In this document: piece after piece, positions 1 through 12,578 of the stretch
How positions within the stretch are numbered: position 1 is the first letter of the stretch
How the letters are laid out: every line of letters begins with the position of its first letter
Assembly (NCBI GenBank): GCA_964016885.1
Contig: OZ024746.1
Location: forward strand, 92,814,001 to 92,878,000
DNA: 64,000 nucleotides
Reading direction: 5' to 3'
From: Eledone cirrhosa
Taxonomy: Eukaryota
Made by a program: the position numbers and the translations under genes
Notes under the pieces: model-generated
Database searches by the model: none
What the model saw: the letters and a program-made list of their open reading frames with translations, nothing else
Told to the model about the DNA's origin: nothing

Positions 1-78
1 TTTCTAATGAAACAATCTACTTTAATAAATTAATAAAGAATTTTGAGGGATTTACTAAAATTATTATTTCATTACTAC

Positions 79-430
79 GTTAGTAGCTTGTTGTCAGAAG
101 AATACAAGCAGCCAAAATGACGTTCCTCCAAAGGGTCTTTGGAGTAACATTACCAGGTAGAGCTGCTACATCTTAGAATTGAAATATCACAGCTCAAATA
201 CCATGGGCATGCGGTTAGAATGTCTCAGGAAAGAATCACTAGACAGATTTTATGGGCAAAACCAACAGGCAGGAGTCCCAGGAGTAGAGTTGTAGCAAGA
301 TGGTAGGATAAGATCCGTGAGCTTGGCTGGTCTTGTTTGGGGATCCAGCTGAATCACTTGGAAGGAGTTTTTGAGGATTGCCTCCACGATCCTCTCAAGA
401 ATAAGTGGGAGGAGAAGAAGAAGAAAAGGA
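79..430 (+). mobile_element. RTE-clade LINE 3' fragment (family A, (GAA)n-type tail)
   Basis: Degenerate QAAxMxFL..RV and GHAVRMSQERI motifs; similar copies at 6497-6950(+), 19067-19210(+) and 36220-36490(-). Confidence 0.75.
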
Positions 431-456
431 AAGAAAGAATAAAACAAAGTACTCAC

Positions 457-570
457 TGCAAATTCCATATTTAATGATGTATCCCTCTTGACATTTGCAT
501 TTCCTTTCAATACATTCTGAATGTCTATCTTCACATTTATCCACTGCGGTACACATATCATCAAGGGACA
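457..570 (-). CDS. LRP11: Coding exon 3 of the LRP11-like gene (6-Cys EGF/EB-like module); gene continues beyond the left edge
   Basis: CTTCAG acceptor and GTGAGT donor; 114-nt phase 1-1 exon translating (V)SLDDMCTAVDKCEDRHSECIERKCKCQEGYIIKYGIC in frame with exon 2. This frame is not in the ORF track. Confidence 0.8.
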
Positions 571-1014
571 CTGAAGTAGTAAAAGTTTACAAAACCATTT
601 CAATTAAAATGAAACATTTTCGTTATCAGATTTTAATTAAAAAGAAATGCTGCCTATAGTTTTCAAATCACTTTGAAAATAATCAAGAATTTGGTAGGAT
701 TTAGAACTTAAAGGTTCTTACGTAAAATTATGATGGAATGTTTTTAGATGAATATAAATAGTTCAGTATTGCAGAACCAATTCTTAAAAGCTTAAGTAGG
801 CTATGAGGATAACCCATTCCATCAGACTAATCCAATAAAAATAATTCACCATCAGTGTTTTCTGAAACACCATTGTAAATGTACAACAAATGTAATTCTT
901 GTTCTTTTACTGGTTTCAGCAATTGCACTGTGGCCATGCTTTCAGGATTTTCACTGACTATTTAGATAACAGTACTTTGTCTAGTATTTATTTTATAACA
1001 ATAAACACCTGAAG

Positions 1015-1610
1015 AAGGGTACCAAGATCAGAGTGTATAGAGTCATAGTCCTTACCACTCTCCTATATGGCTCAGTCATGGGTCACTTATCACCACCACC
1101 TTCGACTCCACAAGCACTGCCTCCGCACTATCCTCGACATCCACTGGAAAGACTTTGTCACCAATGAACGGGCGGAGGTCACATCTCCAGGATAAAGGAT
1201 CATCACCTGCCCAGGATCATGCTGTACAACAAACTCTCCACTGGCCATCGTGACAGGCGGGGCACCAAGGAAGCAATACAAGGACTGTTTGAAAAAATCC
1301 CTTGGTGCCTATCACATTGACCATCACCGGTGCTCCACCTTAGCTGAGAATCATGATGCCTGGTGTCTCAACATCAACCATGCTGTCTCAGCCTTTGAAA
1401 ATACCCGCAAATCTACCCTCAAAGACAGAAGACACAGGAGAAAGAGCCACAACACCAGGTCATCAAATCCTGATCAGACCTTCAGGTACAGCCACTGTGG
1501 CTGTGTCTGTCTGTCCCGTATTGGCCGGAATGACCACGAGTGTGCCTCCAGTCAATGTTGACCACCCCCTTCATAATCTTCATTCGCTAAGGCAAGCCAT
1601 GATGATGATT
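1015..1610 (+). mobile_element. RTE-BovB-like LINE 3' end, decayed
   Basis: VYRVIVLTTLLYGS, CLRTILDIHWKD, RKQYKDCLKKSL and a terminal Cys/His motif; ends in caagccatgatgatga. Confidence 0.8.
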
Positions 1611-2089
1611 TTTATAAACCTTGGTAGGAGGTGAAAGGTAAAATTGACCAGGGATAAGGGGAGACACCAATACAAAACTTGAAATCACAAGGCATTTTGG
1701 CTGATGTACCCATTTGTTATGGAATAATGATACACACACACACATGTGGAAGGAGGAGAAGGATCGAAAAATTCAGCCGAAAGGAGGAAGAGATAGCAAG
1801 TCATGAAAAAGACCTGGCCTGATCTTTTACAGGTAAACTTTTTCCAGAACGTTTATTAAAGGGTCTCTCATTATAAGTGATTGGAAAATGAAGGTGGGAT
1901 GGTGACTGATAGATAGCTAGTGGTATTTGAGGTAGGGGTAGGGTTGATAGCGAACGTGGGCGGGGATTGTGGTGGTGGTAACATTAAATATTGCGAAGGT
2001 CAAGGAAAACTCAGGGTTTGAAGGTCTTCACATAGAATGTTGTAATCAAGGAATTATTAAATTTTCTTTTATTATACACCCCCATTATC

Positions 2090-2490
2090 AACTGAAGAGA
2101 AATGAAGCAACTATGCTCTGTTGGATGTGCAATGTAAGTGTGAGAGAGAGAGAAGCAGAGCTTGGACGAGTTGAAGAAGAAGTTGAGTTTAAGAGGAATT
2201 CGAGGTAGTGAGCAGGAGAGAAGACTGCTTTTGTTTAGACATGTGATGCACATGGACAATAATCATTTGGTGAAGAAGTGCAAAGAAATGCCAGTGGAAA
2301 GAAGTCGCAGTAGAGGTAGACCAAGAAAGACCTGGGCAGAGGTTGTGAGAGCTGACCTCAAATCACTGAAACTCACAGAGGTGATGGCAAAGGATTGCGA
2401 CGGTTGGAGAGATAAGATGCTGAGAAGGACGCATCGAACCCATGCAAGCGTGGAAAAGCGGACATAAAAACGAAGATATGCCATTATGCT
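2090..2490 (+). mobile_element. RTE family B 3' fragment
   Basis: RRLLLFRHVMHM...RGRPRKTWAEVV, the same family as 56210-60430; another copy lies at 11398-11870. Confidence 0.8.
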
Positions 2491-2744
2491 AGTTTATATA
2501 TAAGCATTAGCCAACTTGCTAAGTGAATGTGCTTCAATAAAGAGATTTAGTAAGATCAAAACAGGTCCATCACCACTGCATTGTCTTAAATTGTTCCACA
2601 AGGCTTAGACCAGGTAGACTATACAAGTTCCCTCCCTTCTTTCGCTTTTATGAGGATAATCTCAGTTGATTGAAGAAGTTTTTTCCTTACAATGTTCAGA
2701 CTGCAAGACTCATACCATCATAGAGATATTAAATGATGAAGATG

Positions 2745-2778
<34 letters not shown>

Positions 2779-3000
2779 ATATACACACACAAACACACAC
2801 TGTTGGGTAAACACAGTTTTTATCTACCAAATTTCACTCTCATGGTATTAGTCATCTCATGGCTATGCCTGTAGTAAATATAAACATTCTTCCCCAGAGA
2901 AGGCTTTAGTGTTTATTACAGTCCATGTATTTCGTCTTATGAGTAAATAATCAATTTGGCTTGTGTGTTCACCTAATTGATATGAAATTTGTGTTGCACA

Positions 3001-4185
3001 TAATGAAAATGATTGTGTACAGTGCCCAGGTGCACTACAACTTATCAAAGGTGCATGCATAGTACATAGAATAATGTACAAATATCAGGAAAGTGAACAG
3101 TGTGTGAATCATATACATACAGACACACACACATATGCGTGAGTGTGTAAGGAGGGGGAATATCAGATGTAGTGTTGAGGATTTCGGGAAGCATGGAAGT
3201 TTTGAAGGATGCAGTGTCCCGACAGTTAACAACTGATGCAGGTAGTTTGTTCTATGCTTCAACAACTCTAAGAATTTGGGGAGATATTGCGATATAACAA
3301 ACTTTCTCATTATTAAGCTGGTGTTTGGAACATAACTTAACAAAGGTTCTTACATAAAATTATGATGGAAGATTATTTTCATTTAGATAAATATAAAGGA
3401 TAAAGATTCCATAACTCCTTGTGGAGTCATAGGGGCACCGTCATACAGCATGTCTAGGGCACTTTTAAACCCAGTGGAGCCCAACCCTCTCCAGGTCTGA
3501 ACACAGCCAACAACTAACAACTGATGCAGGTAGTTTGTTCCATGCTTCAGCAACTCTGAGCATGAAAAAATGTTTCCAAAAGTCATGGAAACTCTACTGT
3601 TTTCTGATTTTGTAAGCATGTCCATGGGTGTTAGACACATGGAATTCATAAAGGTGCTCAGGGTTGTTGTTGGAAAGATGGTTAATAATCTTGTGCATGT
3701 CTATCAAGTCAGTTGCCAGATGTTGGAGCTTTAATGTGTCCATGCCCAGTGAAGCAAGGTGTTCAGAGTATGGCAGATGCCTGATGGCGGGTATTCGTTT
3801 GGTTGCACATTTCTGAACAATTTCTATGAAATCAATATTCCGAGCAAGATAGGGGTTACAGACTGGTGATGCAAATTCTAAGTGTGAACGCACCATAGCT
3901 ATATACAGCTTTAAATAGATAGCTAGAGAGTGGCTGACAAATGTCTTACTGACTGATGCTAAGACACCCTCAGCCAATTTTAAAGATGTGCTTTATCCAA
4001 CACAAATTGCTGTTGACAATAATGCCCAGGTGATGTTTACAAGAAGACTTCTTGAAATTGGTGTTGTGAAGGGAGTATGTGAACGCTGGGTTTTTTTCTC
4101 CCAAAATGCGTGGTAGTATACTTGTCCATAGCCAGCTTGAGTTGTCAATCCATAATCCATTGCTGCATTTTGTCCAGGTCTGATT
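3001..4185 (-). mobile_element. CR1-like LINE 3' portion, interrupted by a MITE-derived insert (~3270-3510)
   Basis: LYIAMVRSHLEFASPVCNPY...; homologous to 26900-28788; ~40 bp of LINE sequence is duplicated on either side of the insert. Confidence 0.8.
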
Positions 4186-4189
4186 GCAA

Positions 4190-4780
4190 TGGTTAACTCA
4201 TTTGAGTCACAGAATTGCAGGAGCATCAATCCCTCTTCTTGAGCCATAACCATAGCCACCATGAACTCCATAGAATATGTCCTGGTACTGTGCCACATGT
4301 CCATTAAAGTCGCCTGCCAGGCTGATGTGATCTCTTTCATCAGTCCCTGAAGTTGTCTGTAAAAGTTCCTTATAGAACCTGTCCTTTTGGACTTTACTTA
4401 GCCCTGCCTGTGGAGCATAGGTAGATGTAATTGTCACCATTCTAAGCTTGATGATTTTGTCTTTTACTCTAACTACCTCTATCACCTTATCTACCCACTT
4501 CTCAGCTAGTAAAATGCCTACACCTCCTACTCCATCATCATTTCCTACACAGTAGAGTTTATATCTCTGTTGTTTGCCTGTGATTAGTCTCGCAGAGCCA
4601 CCCCTCCACCTCACTTCTTGTATACAGCATACATCTACTTTTCTTCTCTCTAACAGTTCCACAAGTTAACCTGATTTACCTTTCAGGGTGCCAATATTGA
4701 GAGTGGCAAACCTGAGATTTGTCCCTTGACAGTTGCTGTTATTTCCTTGGGTTTTATGTACCTGAGATGGAAAAAGCAGT
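4190..4780 (-). mobile_element. RTE LINE AP-endonuclease fragment
   Basis: VDVCCIQEVRW, GVGILL, STYAPQ and LAGDFNGHV endonuclease motifs. Confidence 0.85.
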
Positions 4781-5699
4781 GTGATTGCTTGATGATGGTC
4801 GACGGGTTCTCAAAACTCTATCTACTCCACTGCCATGCACAGCACTAACATGACTAGTGCTGGCCCTGTATATGTAATTAGTGAAAATCATGTTTGTGCT
4901 TGTCATATTTTTGGCAGGGTTTTTCTGGCTAGATGCCCTTCCTATCACTAACCACTGGGTGCATTATTCGTGTCACCAGCACTCGAGAGATTGTCTTACT
5001 AGACTCATGAGTCCTCTCCACCCTATATCAGTTTTTTATTTGGAGTACCTACTCTCCTAAATGGGGTGCCTTCACTATGACTTACGGTGTCTACGCCTGC
5101 CCCATGCAGTCATTTTTAGTCTTATCTTTTTATATATATTTATATGCATGGTGTATGTAATATATATATATACACTACAACCACCCACCACACTTTCCAC
5201 ACTCCTGATACACCTCACCTGTCAAAACCATGTATGCATGCTTAGAAAATCGAACACATTCCACACCTGCTCTCTCACATGGCTGGTGTCACAAAAAAAA
5301 GCACCCAATCTCTTTGTATGGTGATAGTACTGGTGTACCAATAAAAGCACCCAGTCCACCATGTAAGGTGGTCATGCTGGTGCAACAACAAAAAAGTACC
5401 CAGCCAACCCTATAAAATGGTCATACTGGTGTCACAACAAAAAATACTCAGTTCACCCTATAAAGTGGTAGTGAAGGTTTCACCATAAAAGCTCCCAGTA
5501 CACACTGTAAATGTGGTTGGCATGAGTAAAAACATCTAGCCATAGAAATGAACCCCAAAGCAGATCTGTATGAACAAGATGTCATCACCTGACCTGACTA
5601 GCCTCATAATGTAACAACCCATGCAAGCATGGAAAATAGACGTTAAACAGTGATGATGATGTATGTGTGCATGCAAATATGAGTGTGTGTGTACTTATG

Positions 5700-6050
5700 C
5701 ATATATAAGCACACACATGTATGTACATATGTGTGTGTCAGTGTCTGAGTCTGTGTTTGTGTTTACGGTTTGTTTATAATTAATTTAGTGGTCTGACAAA
5801 AAAAAAATCAATGATATAAGTACCAAACTTGAAAAAATAAGTAGTAGGGTTGATATGTTTGACTAAATCTCTTCAAAGGTGGTGCCCCAGCATGGCCATA
5901 GTCTCATAACTAAAACCAGTAAAAGAATGAAAGATTAAAAATATATAATTTACAAATAAACCTATGGTTATCTAAAAGTAAGTAGTGGAGTTGATATGTT
6001 TCACTAAATCCTTTCAAGGTGGTGCCCCAGCATAGCCACAGTCTAAAGAC
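5700..6050 (+). mobile_element. SINE 3' tail family (aagtaccag...cccttcaaggtggtgccccagcatggcc)
   Basis: Dispersed copies at 17280-17515, 24650-24915, 10800-10880, ~900-990(-) and ~40450-40520(-). Confidence 0.65.
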
Positions 6051-6099
6051 GAAATGCAGTCAAAAAATTTTTTTAAATAACAAATAAACGTTTGGTTAC

Positions 6100-6385
6100 C
6101 TATTTTTGTTCTTTTTTTCAAAGTAGTAGGCTGAACTATATGTGGTGTAGTGGTAGTGATTATGGTACTCTTCTGTGTTCTCTTTACCTCCTCAGAATTG
6201 TCCTTCGAAGAACCATCTTGATTGTCAAGATCTGCTAGTTCACTCTCATGCTTGATTGCAAGGTGTGTATGAGAATCCATCTTATGGCTTTCTGGGTGAA
6301 AACTCATAGAGATATAGCTGTTGTGCGGGGCAAACACACAAACGCTTGGCTGGCCACAGTCAAACAGATAGCAGCTGTAATCCTT
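6100..6385 (-). CDS. LRP11: Coding exon 2 of the LRP11-like gene (end of MANSC domain plus Ser/Thr-rich linker)
   Basis: Polypyrimidine tract and TTTTCAG acceptor; the phase-0 join gives FENK|KDYSCYLFDCGQPSVCVFAPHNSYISM, completing the MANSC CYLFxC..C.F motif; Thr-rich stretch; GTAACC donor (286 nt, ends phase 1). Confidence 0.85.
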
Positions 6386-6496
6386 CTGAAAAGTATAGAG
6401 GAAAGAAAAATATATATAAATATTGAAAGGGATTCAACAAATTTCAATTAAATTATATTTGCAATATGAAAAAGAAAAAGATATGAAAGTAAGGAG

Positions 6497-6950
6497 GTAT
6501 TTATTCCATCCCATACCTATGGTCATGAATCTTGGGTAATGACCAAAAGAATATAATTGCAAATACAAGCAGCCGAAATGGGGTTCCTCCGAAGGGTCTT
6601 TGGAGCAATGCTACTCAATAGAGTGCATAGCTTAGAGATCAGAGTTACTCAAGATAGAGCTGCTACTTCTCCAAATTGAGAGATCACAGCTGCGATATTA
6701 TGGGCATGTGGTTAAAATGTCTCAGGAAAGAATTGCTGGACAGATTTTATGGGCAAAACCAACCGGCAGGAGACCCAAAGGTAGATGCTGAGCAAGATGG
6801 TTGGATAATATCCATGAGCTTGGCTGGTCTTGCTTGGGGATCCAGCTGGGTCAGTTGCTTCTAACAGAACCTGCTGGAAGGAGTGTTTGAGGACTCTGCT
6901 CACACAACCCCCTGAGGAATAAGTGGGTAAAGAAGGAGGAGGAGTGGGGG
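6497..6950 (+). mobile_element. RTE family A 3' fragment
   Basis: FIPSxTYGHESWVMT...QAAEMGFLRRV; homologous to 79-430. Confidence 0.8.
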
Positions 6951-6959
6951 GAACAGCAG

Positions 6960-7928
6960 ACTCTCCACCCTAGTCCATGGCAGATACAAAGGTTTTATTG
7001 CAAATTTGAAAAAAGCTGTTCCTGAAGTATTTTGTATTCACTGTGTGATACACCGTCAACACTTAGTTGCAAAGAAATTGAGTGGACGTCTGCATGATGC
7101 CCTTGCTGTTGTGATAAAAGTGGTTAACCATATTAAATCGAATTCTCTTGAACAGTTTCCTTGTTTGGCCTCGATTAGCAGCGATTTCCACGATGAAGAC
7201 CTTGTATTATATAGTGAATATTTAGAAAATATGCACGAAGATATGCAAACTCGGTTTAGTGACCTACTCATGATGGATATACCAACTTGGGTGACAATTC
7301 CTTTCGAAGTTAATGTTGCCGATATAGACATTTCTTTGCAGGATCCCCTCATTGAATTACAAAGTGATGAAATAATACACGCAAAATACAAAGATGGGAA
7401 GTATAATATATGGAAAACAAATGATATTGCTACAAAGTACCCATTACTCTGGGATAAAGCACAGCTCTACGTTATTGCTTTTCCATCATCTTACCTGGTT
7501 GAATCAGGATTTAGTTGTGTTTCTCACTTGTTATCAAAAGTTCGCAATAGACTTGACATTGTGAAAAAAGGTGATCTTCGATTATCATTAACATCGATGG
7601 AACCAGATATAAAGAAACTTGCTGAGCAGCATCAACCACAGGGATCTCATTGAATAAATCTGCATTTTTTTTTTCTAATCCCACACTTATCTTAAAATGG
7701 TTTATTATGAATTATTTACCAGTGTGCATAAATGCTCCATAGAATTTAATTGTAGAATAATTTATTTGCATTAAATTAGTTTTCATTCAAAATAAAGCAT
7801 AATCAGTTACTATTTCTTTGATTATTAATATAATCCCTTTACTTTTTATTAGTGAAAAATAGAATAAGCTTTTCTTTTGTTGAATAGCTATGAAGAGGTC
7901 CATGAGTAAAAAAGGTTGAGAACCACTG
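6960..7928 (+). mobile_element. hAT (Buster/Charlie-type) DNA transposon 3' part with an internally deleted transposase and intact right TIR
   Basis: HCVIHRQHLVAK (CxxH motif) and C-terminal IAFPSSYLVESGFS..RNRL; right end GGTTGAGAACCACTG (7914-7928) followed by ATCTAAAT, matching the NNNTANNN target preference. The central VRWLS region is absent between NHIKSNSL and EQFP. Confidence 0.85.
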
Positions 7929-8649
7929 ATCTAAATGAAAAATAATAAATTAAGTAAATACCTCCAAATTTTTCATTAATTAATTAGAATATAGTGCATG
8001 GTATATGGTAATGAAAAGGTTAAACTCCTATTTTATGGCTTGGAAATCTATAACATAATAAACAAGAAGAATCAAGCCCTCATGGACACTTACCTACATG
8101 CTAAATTCCTCACTGAATTTGTTGCTAATTCTTACCTTTCTGATGGCATCCTGTTTTCACATGCCATTAATATACACCTAGTTCTTTTGTTTTGTTGTTT
8201 TTTTGTCAGCCACAAGACTTCAGAATGTGGTAACCTGTCAAAGGCTTTATCATTGGATCTCGTTTGATTACAATGACAAGTGATCTAGTTGTTCAATTAA
8301 TGAAACAACCTACTCAGAAAATTAACATGCAAGTGGCTGAATATTCCACAGAAACATGTACCCTTAACATAGTTCGGAGGGACATTCAATATGACACTAT
8401 ATGTGACAAGGACGACTCTTTGAATAACCGATTATCTCCAGTCCCAAATAAGCGAAGGAGGCTGGAATAAGCTGGGGGCTTAGAAATTCGATAATATTTC
8501 TAGGTCGTCTCCATTAATTTAGTGGTTTAGTTTACACAATGAGACTCCAACCCATCCTATTTATTTTATAACATATGAGATTTTTAATCATGTACATTTT
8601 TTTAATGTATAAAGAAAAATTTTGCTGGAGATAGATTAGCAAAATTTAA

Positions 8650-8860
8650 CCCTTTAGCATTTAAACCAGCTGTATCCGGCCAAAATTCTCTCACCTCTTT
8701 CTGTTCAAATCTACCGTAACTGGCCACTAATACCAATGTTAAGGTATTATTCTCAAAATATATAACATCATCAAAATCTTGTAGCTTTTATATTATGTGA
8801 GATACAGCCTTTACTGTGGAAATACAATAGTAAATATAGAGTAATGTAAATGCTAAAGGA
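8650..8860. mobile_element. piggyBac-type MITE (211 bp)
   Basis: TTAA|CCCTTTAGCATTTA ... TAAATGCTAAAGGA|TTAA terminal inverted repeats with a TTAA target duplication; partial copy at ~18697-18880. Confidence 0.75.
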
Positions 8861-9592
8861 TTAATAAGCGGGCAGGAAGGAATCTGAAAAATTAGTGAGT
8901 GAGTGTGGGGTGATTATTCGAGACCCAAGAATACAACACATATTTTTCCTCAGATGAGTAGACAGCAGTAACTTGAAATAATGTGTCTTGCTCAAGAATA
9001 CAAAATGCCACTGGGTATCGAACTCATAACCTAACAATCATGAACCAAACACCCTAACCACTAAGCCACGTCCCTTCACAAATGCCAAGGATAGTGGCTT
9101 GTACTTAGTTAAGAACTTCTGTAGCTGTCTTACTAAGAAGAGGGCATCTGTGGTTTACTATCCTGGCACTAATCCAAACTGTCTCATCAAAGCTAGGTCT
9201 TTCCTGACAGAAAATCAAATGTTTTCCTTCAGTAGTTTTATCTTGTGAATAAAATATTACATGGTGGTTAACAGTTGGCCATAGTTAGCAAGATACATCA
9301 TCATCATCATTGCCACCATCATTATCATATTACCATCATCATCATCATCACCATAATCACCACCATCCTCATTACCACCACCACCACCACACTCATCATC
9401 ATCAACATCATATGCCTGTTCTTTCTGTGTTGGCATAAGTAGGACTGCTGGCATATGCTGATGTAATTTTGGCAATGATAACATGAAAGTTCCAGAAAAG
9501 AGCAAAGGAAATACTGAATGAGTAGTGAGATGGAGGTTATTTAAGAGTAATGTGTTTAGTACACCTTAAAATAATATTTAATTTCCGTGTTA

Positions 9593-10320
9593 TTAAACCT
9601 TTTGATACCAAACAGCCTCTTGTTCTACGATACAAAACTGCTTGTTTTAGTGTTTATCTAAAAACCTTCCATCATAATTTTATGTAAGAACCTATAAATT
9701 ATGTTCCAAACACCAGATCATCCTTTTGATCCAAAATTGACTGAAACTGCTCCTGGTTCTATGAAAGAAAGCTGTTTATTTTAAAGTGTTCTAAAAACCC
9801 TGCATCATTTATATTACTAAATCTCTTCAAATTCTTGATTATTTTCAAAATGATTTGAAAACCATAGGCAGTGTCTTTTATTAGAAACATGGTAATGGAA
9901 AGATTAATGTATTTATATTTATCTAAAAACCTTCCATCATAAATTAATGTAAGAACCAAGTTATGGTCCAAACACAAGACAATTAATGAGAAAGTTTGTT
10001 TTATATTACTAAATCTCCAAGTTCTTTATTATTTTCAAAAATTATTTGGAAAACATAAACAGGTGTCTTTCCTTAGAAATATGACAGATGAGTAATGAAT
10101 TTGACAGGGTAATGTCTTGGTAATCTTTCATTTTGGTGCTGTTAACCATTTTGATACCAACCTGGCCAAAACTGGCTCTCGTTTTCTAAAACAAAACATT
10201 ACTTCAATTAAAATCTTCCAACATAATTTTATATAAGAACCATATGTTACATTCCTATCTTAGTAATGAATTGATAAAAAATTTTAGTAAATACCTTGGA
10301 GTTCTTCATTTATATATATA
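9593..10320. mobile_element. Cluster of decayed piggyBac-like MITE copies (CC(C/T)TTTTGATACC end family)
   Basis: Repeated ttaa(a/c)c.ttttgatacc ends and a shared cttccatcataattttatgtaagaacc core; relatives at ~660-760(-), 3270-3390(-), 12400-12575 and 22420-22612(-). Confidence 0.55.
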
Positions 10321-11397
10321 CCCAAATATAAGCCAACCCCACTATTTTATGCTAAGAAATGGACAAAAAAATCCAAACCTTATTTACATAGAATTTGAAG
10401 TTGGTGAAAACTGTCAAAATATTGACCCCCAAATATAAGCCGACTCCCTCCTCCTTCTACCATCAATGTTTTGGTCACATTGGATTTTGTAGTCCTTAAT
10501 ACACATTGTACCCTTATTGTAGTTCTCAGGAAGATTCAGCAAGATGTAGTGTGTAACAAGGTAGTTCATTTGAATTACAAGTACAACTCATTTTTGCTAG
10601 CTGAGTGAACTAAAGCAATGTGAAGTAAAGTATCTTGCTCTAGTGACACCAGGAACTGAACATATGATATTATATTCAAGTATATTTGGTCATTAATTGA
10701 AAGAGTGTATTTCATTAGAAATACGTTCACTAATTATGTGTGTTTGGTTCTGCTTGAAATAATCTTTTATTTTGATGTTATTTGATACAATTCAACAAAA
10801 AAGATTTTGATAAAATAAGTGCCACAATTGAAATTAAATCATAGGGTCCATATGATTGACTAAATCCCTTCAAGGTGTTATTAAACAAATGACTAAGTAC
10901 TGATTAATAAAGATCAAGGGTAGGAATGATGGTTAAAAAGTCGTGGGTTTGATTCTTGGACCAGATGAAATGTGTCACATTACTCCAATACACTTGGAAA
11001 AAATTAATAACAGCAGCAGTAGCTGGTGTCAAAACCTGGCAATGAACTGGCATCCTGTGTGGTGGTTGGGAAGATGGAGGGTCTTTTCATGATAGAACCG
11101 GGTGGGGAGGGGACCTTTATCATTAAATTAAACCCAGGTGTTATGAGAGCAGGCTAGCATGTTGGTTTATGGTATATTCTGAGTGTAATCAATAGTTTTT
11201 TTTGTATACAGTTGCATGTGAGGCCAGCTAGACCTACATAAGTGTGAGCTGTAATCACGACAGGACTGGAACCCCTATCATTAAAACACCGAAGATACAT
11301 CATATAAAATACAACCTTGCATGAAACCAGCTAAACCTACATACGTGTGAGTTATAACAACAGCAACAATTAATAGAAATGAATAAGTTTCTCCCTA

Positions 11398-12040
11398 TGT
11401 ACAAAAAGACAACTGTATGATGCCTGTGTGTGATGAGCAATGCTGCATGGTAATGAAACATGAGCTGTGACTGGGGAGGACCCTGGAGAGAAATGAAGCA
11501 ACTATGCTCAGTTGGATGCGCAATGTAAGTGTGAGAGGGGGGCAGAGCTTGGATGAGTTGAAGGAGAAGTTGGATTTAAGAGGAATTCGATGTAGTGTGC
11601 AGGAGAGAAGACTGTGTTGGTTTCGACATGTGATGTGCATGGACAATGATCATTGGGTGAAGAAGTGCCAGAAATGCCAGTGAAAGGAAGTCGCAGTAGA
11701 GGTAGACAAAGAAAAACCTGGGCAGATTTTGTGAGAGCTGACTTCAAACCACTGAGACTCAAAGAGGCAATGACAAAGGATTGCAACATGTGGGGAGATA
11801 CCATGCTGAAAAGGACCAATCCAACCCATGCAAACAAGGAAAAGTGGACATAAAAATGATGATGATACAAGAAAATGTGGTTTGCATTACAAAAGGCATC
11901 CAACTGTAGAAACCATGCCAAATGTATGAGCAATACAGGGATATCTGATCCCTCGAGTTACTAACCAGTTGAGTTTTGTTCCTGTCCAAATCCATGTAAA
12001 CCTAGAAAAGCGGACATAAAAACAATGACGATGATGAATG
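11398..12040 (+). mobile_element. RTE family B 3' fragment plus an extra tail copy
   Basis: LYDACVxxAMLHG...ERRLCWFRHV...RGRQRKTWAD; ends in a (GAT)n tail. Confidence 0.8.
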
Positions 12041-12578
12041 ACTGGTTGGTGATGCTGTTGTTCAACTTGGTTTATATTAGCCAATGTCTTTTTTAAGGTG
12101 GCATGGTGTGATTTAAGGGGGATTTGGTTGCTATTTCTAACAAGTCAAGCAACTGCATAATTAAAAATAAATGCCTGTAGCTTAGTGGTCACGGTGTTCA
12201 GCTAACAATCATAACGTCATAAATTCAATTCCTGGTGGCAAATTGTGTCCTTGAGCAAAATACTTTACTAAATGTAGCTCCAGTTCACTCAGCTAGCAAA
12301 AATGATTTGTACCTGTAATTCAAATGAACTACCATGTTACACATTATCACTGAATCTTCCTGAGAACTACAATGAGGATGCACATAAGAATGTGAATTAT
12401 CCCTTTAGCTAACAACCCAGCTAAAACCGGCTCTGGTTCTAAGAAATAAAACCACCCATTTTAAAAGTTTCCAATTTAAATTAAAATCTTCCAACATAAT
12501 TTTATATAAGAACCTTACATTAAGTTACTATCTTAGTAAGGGAATAATTAATAATTTCAAAATTCTTCAATAATTGTG

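Noticed and set aside
7006-7653. Domesticated hAT-derived host gene
   Set aside because: Internally deleted, 5'-truncated by an RTE fragment and still retaining its TIR, so it is a transposon remnant.
9257-9505. Asp/Gly-rich ORF
   Set aside because: Translation of (CAT/CAC)n trinucleotide repeats from an element tail; no splice-supported link to the host gene.
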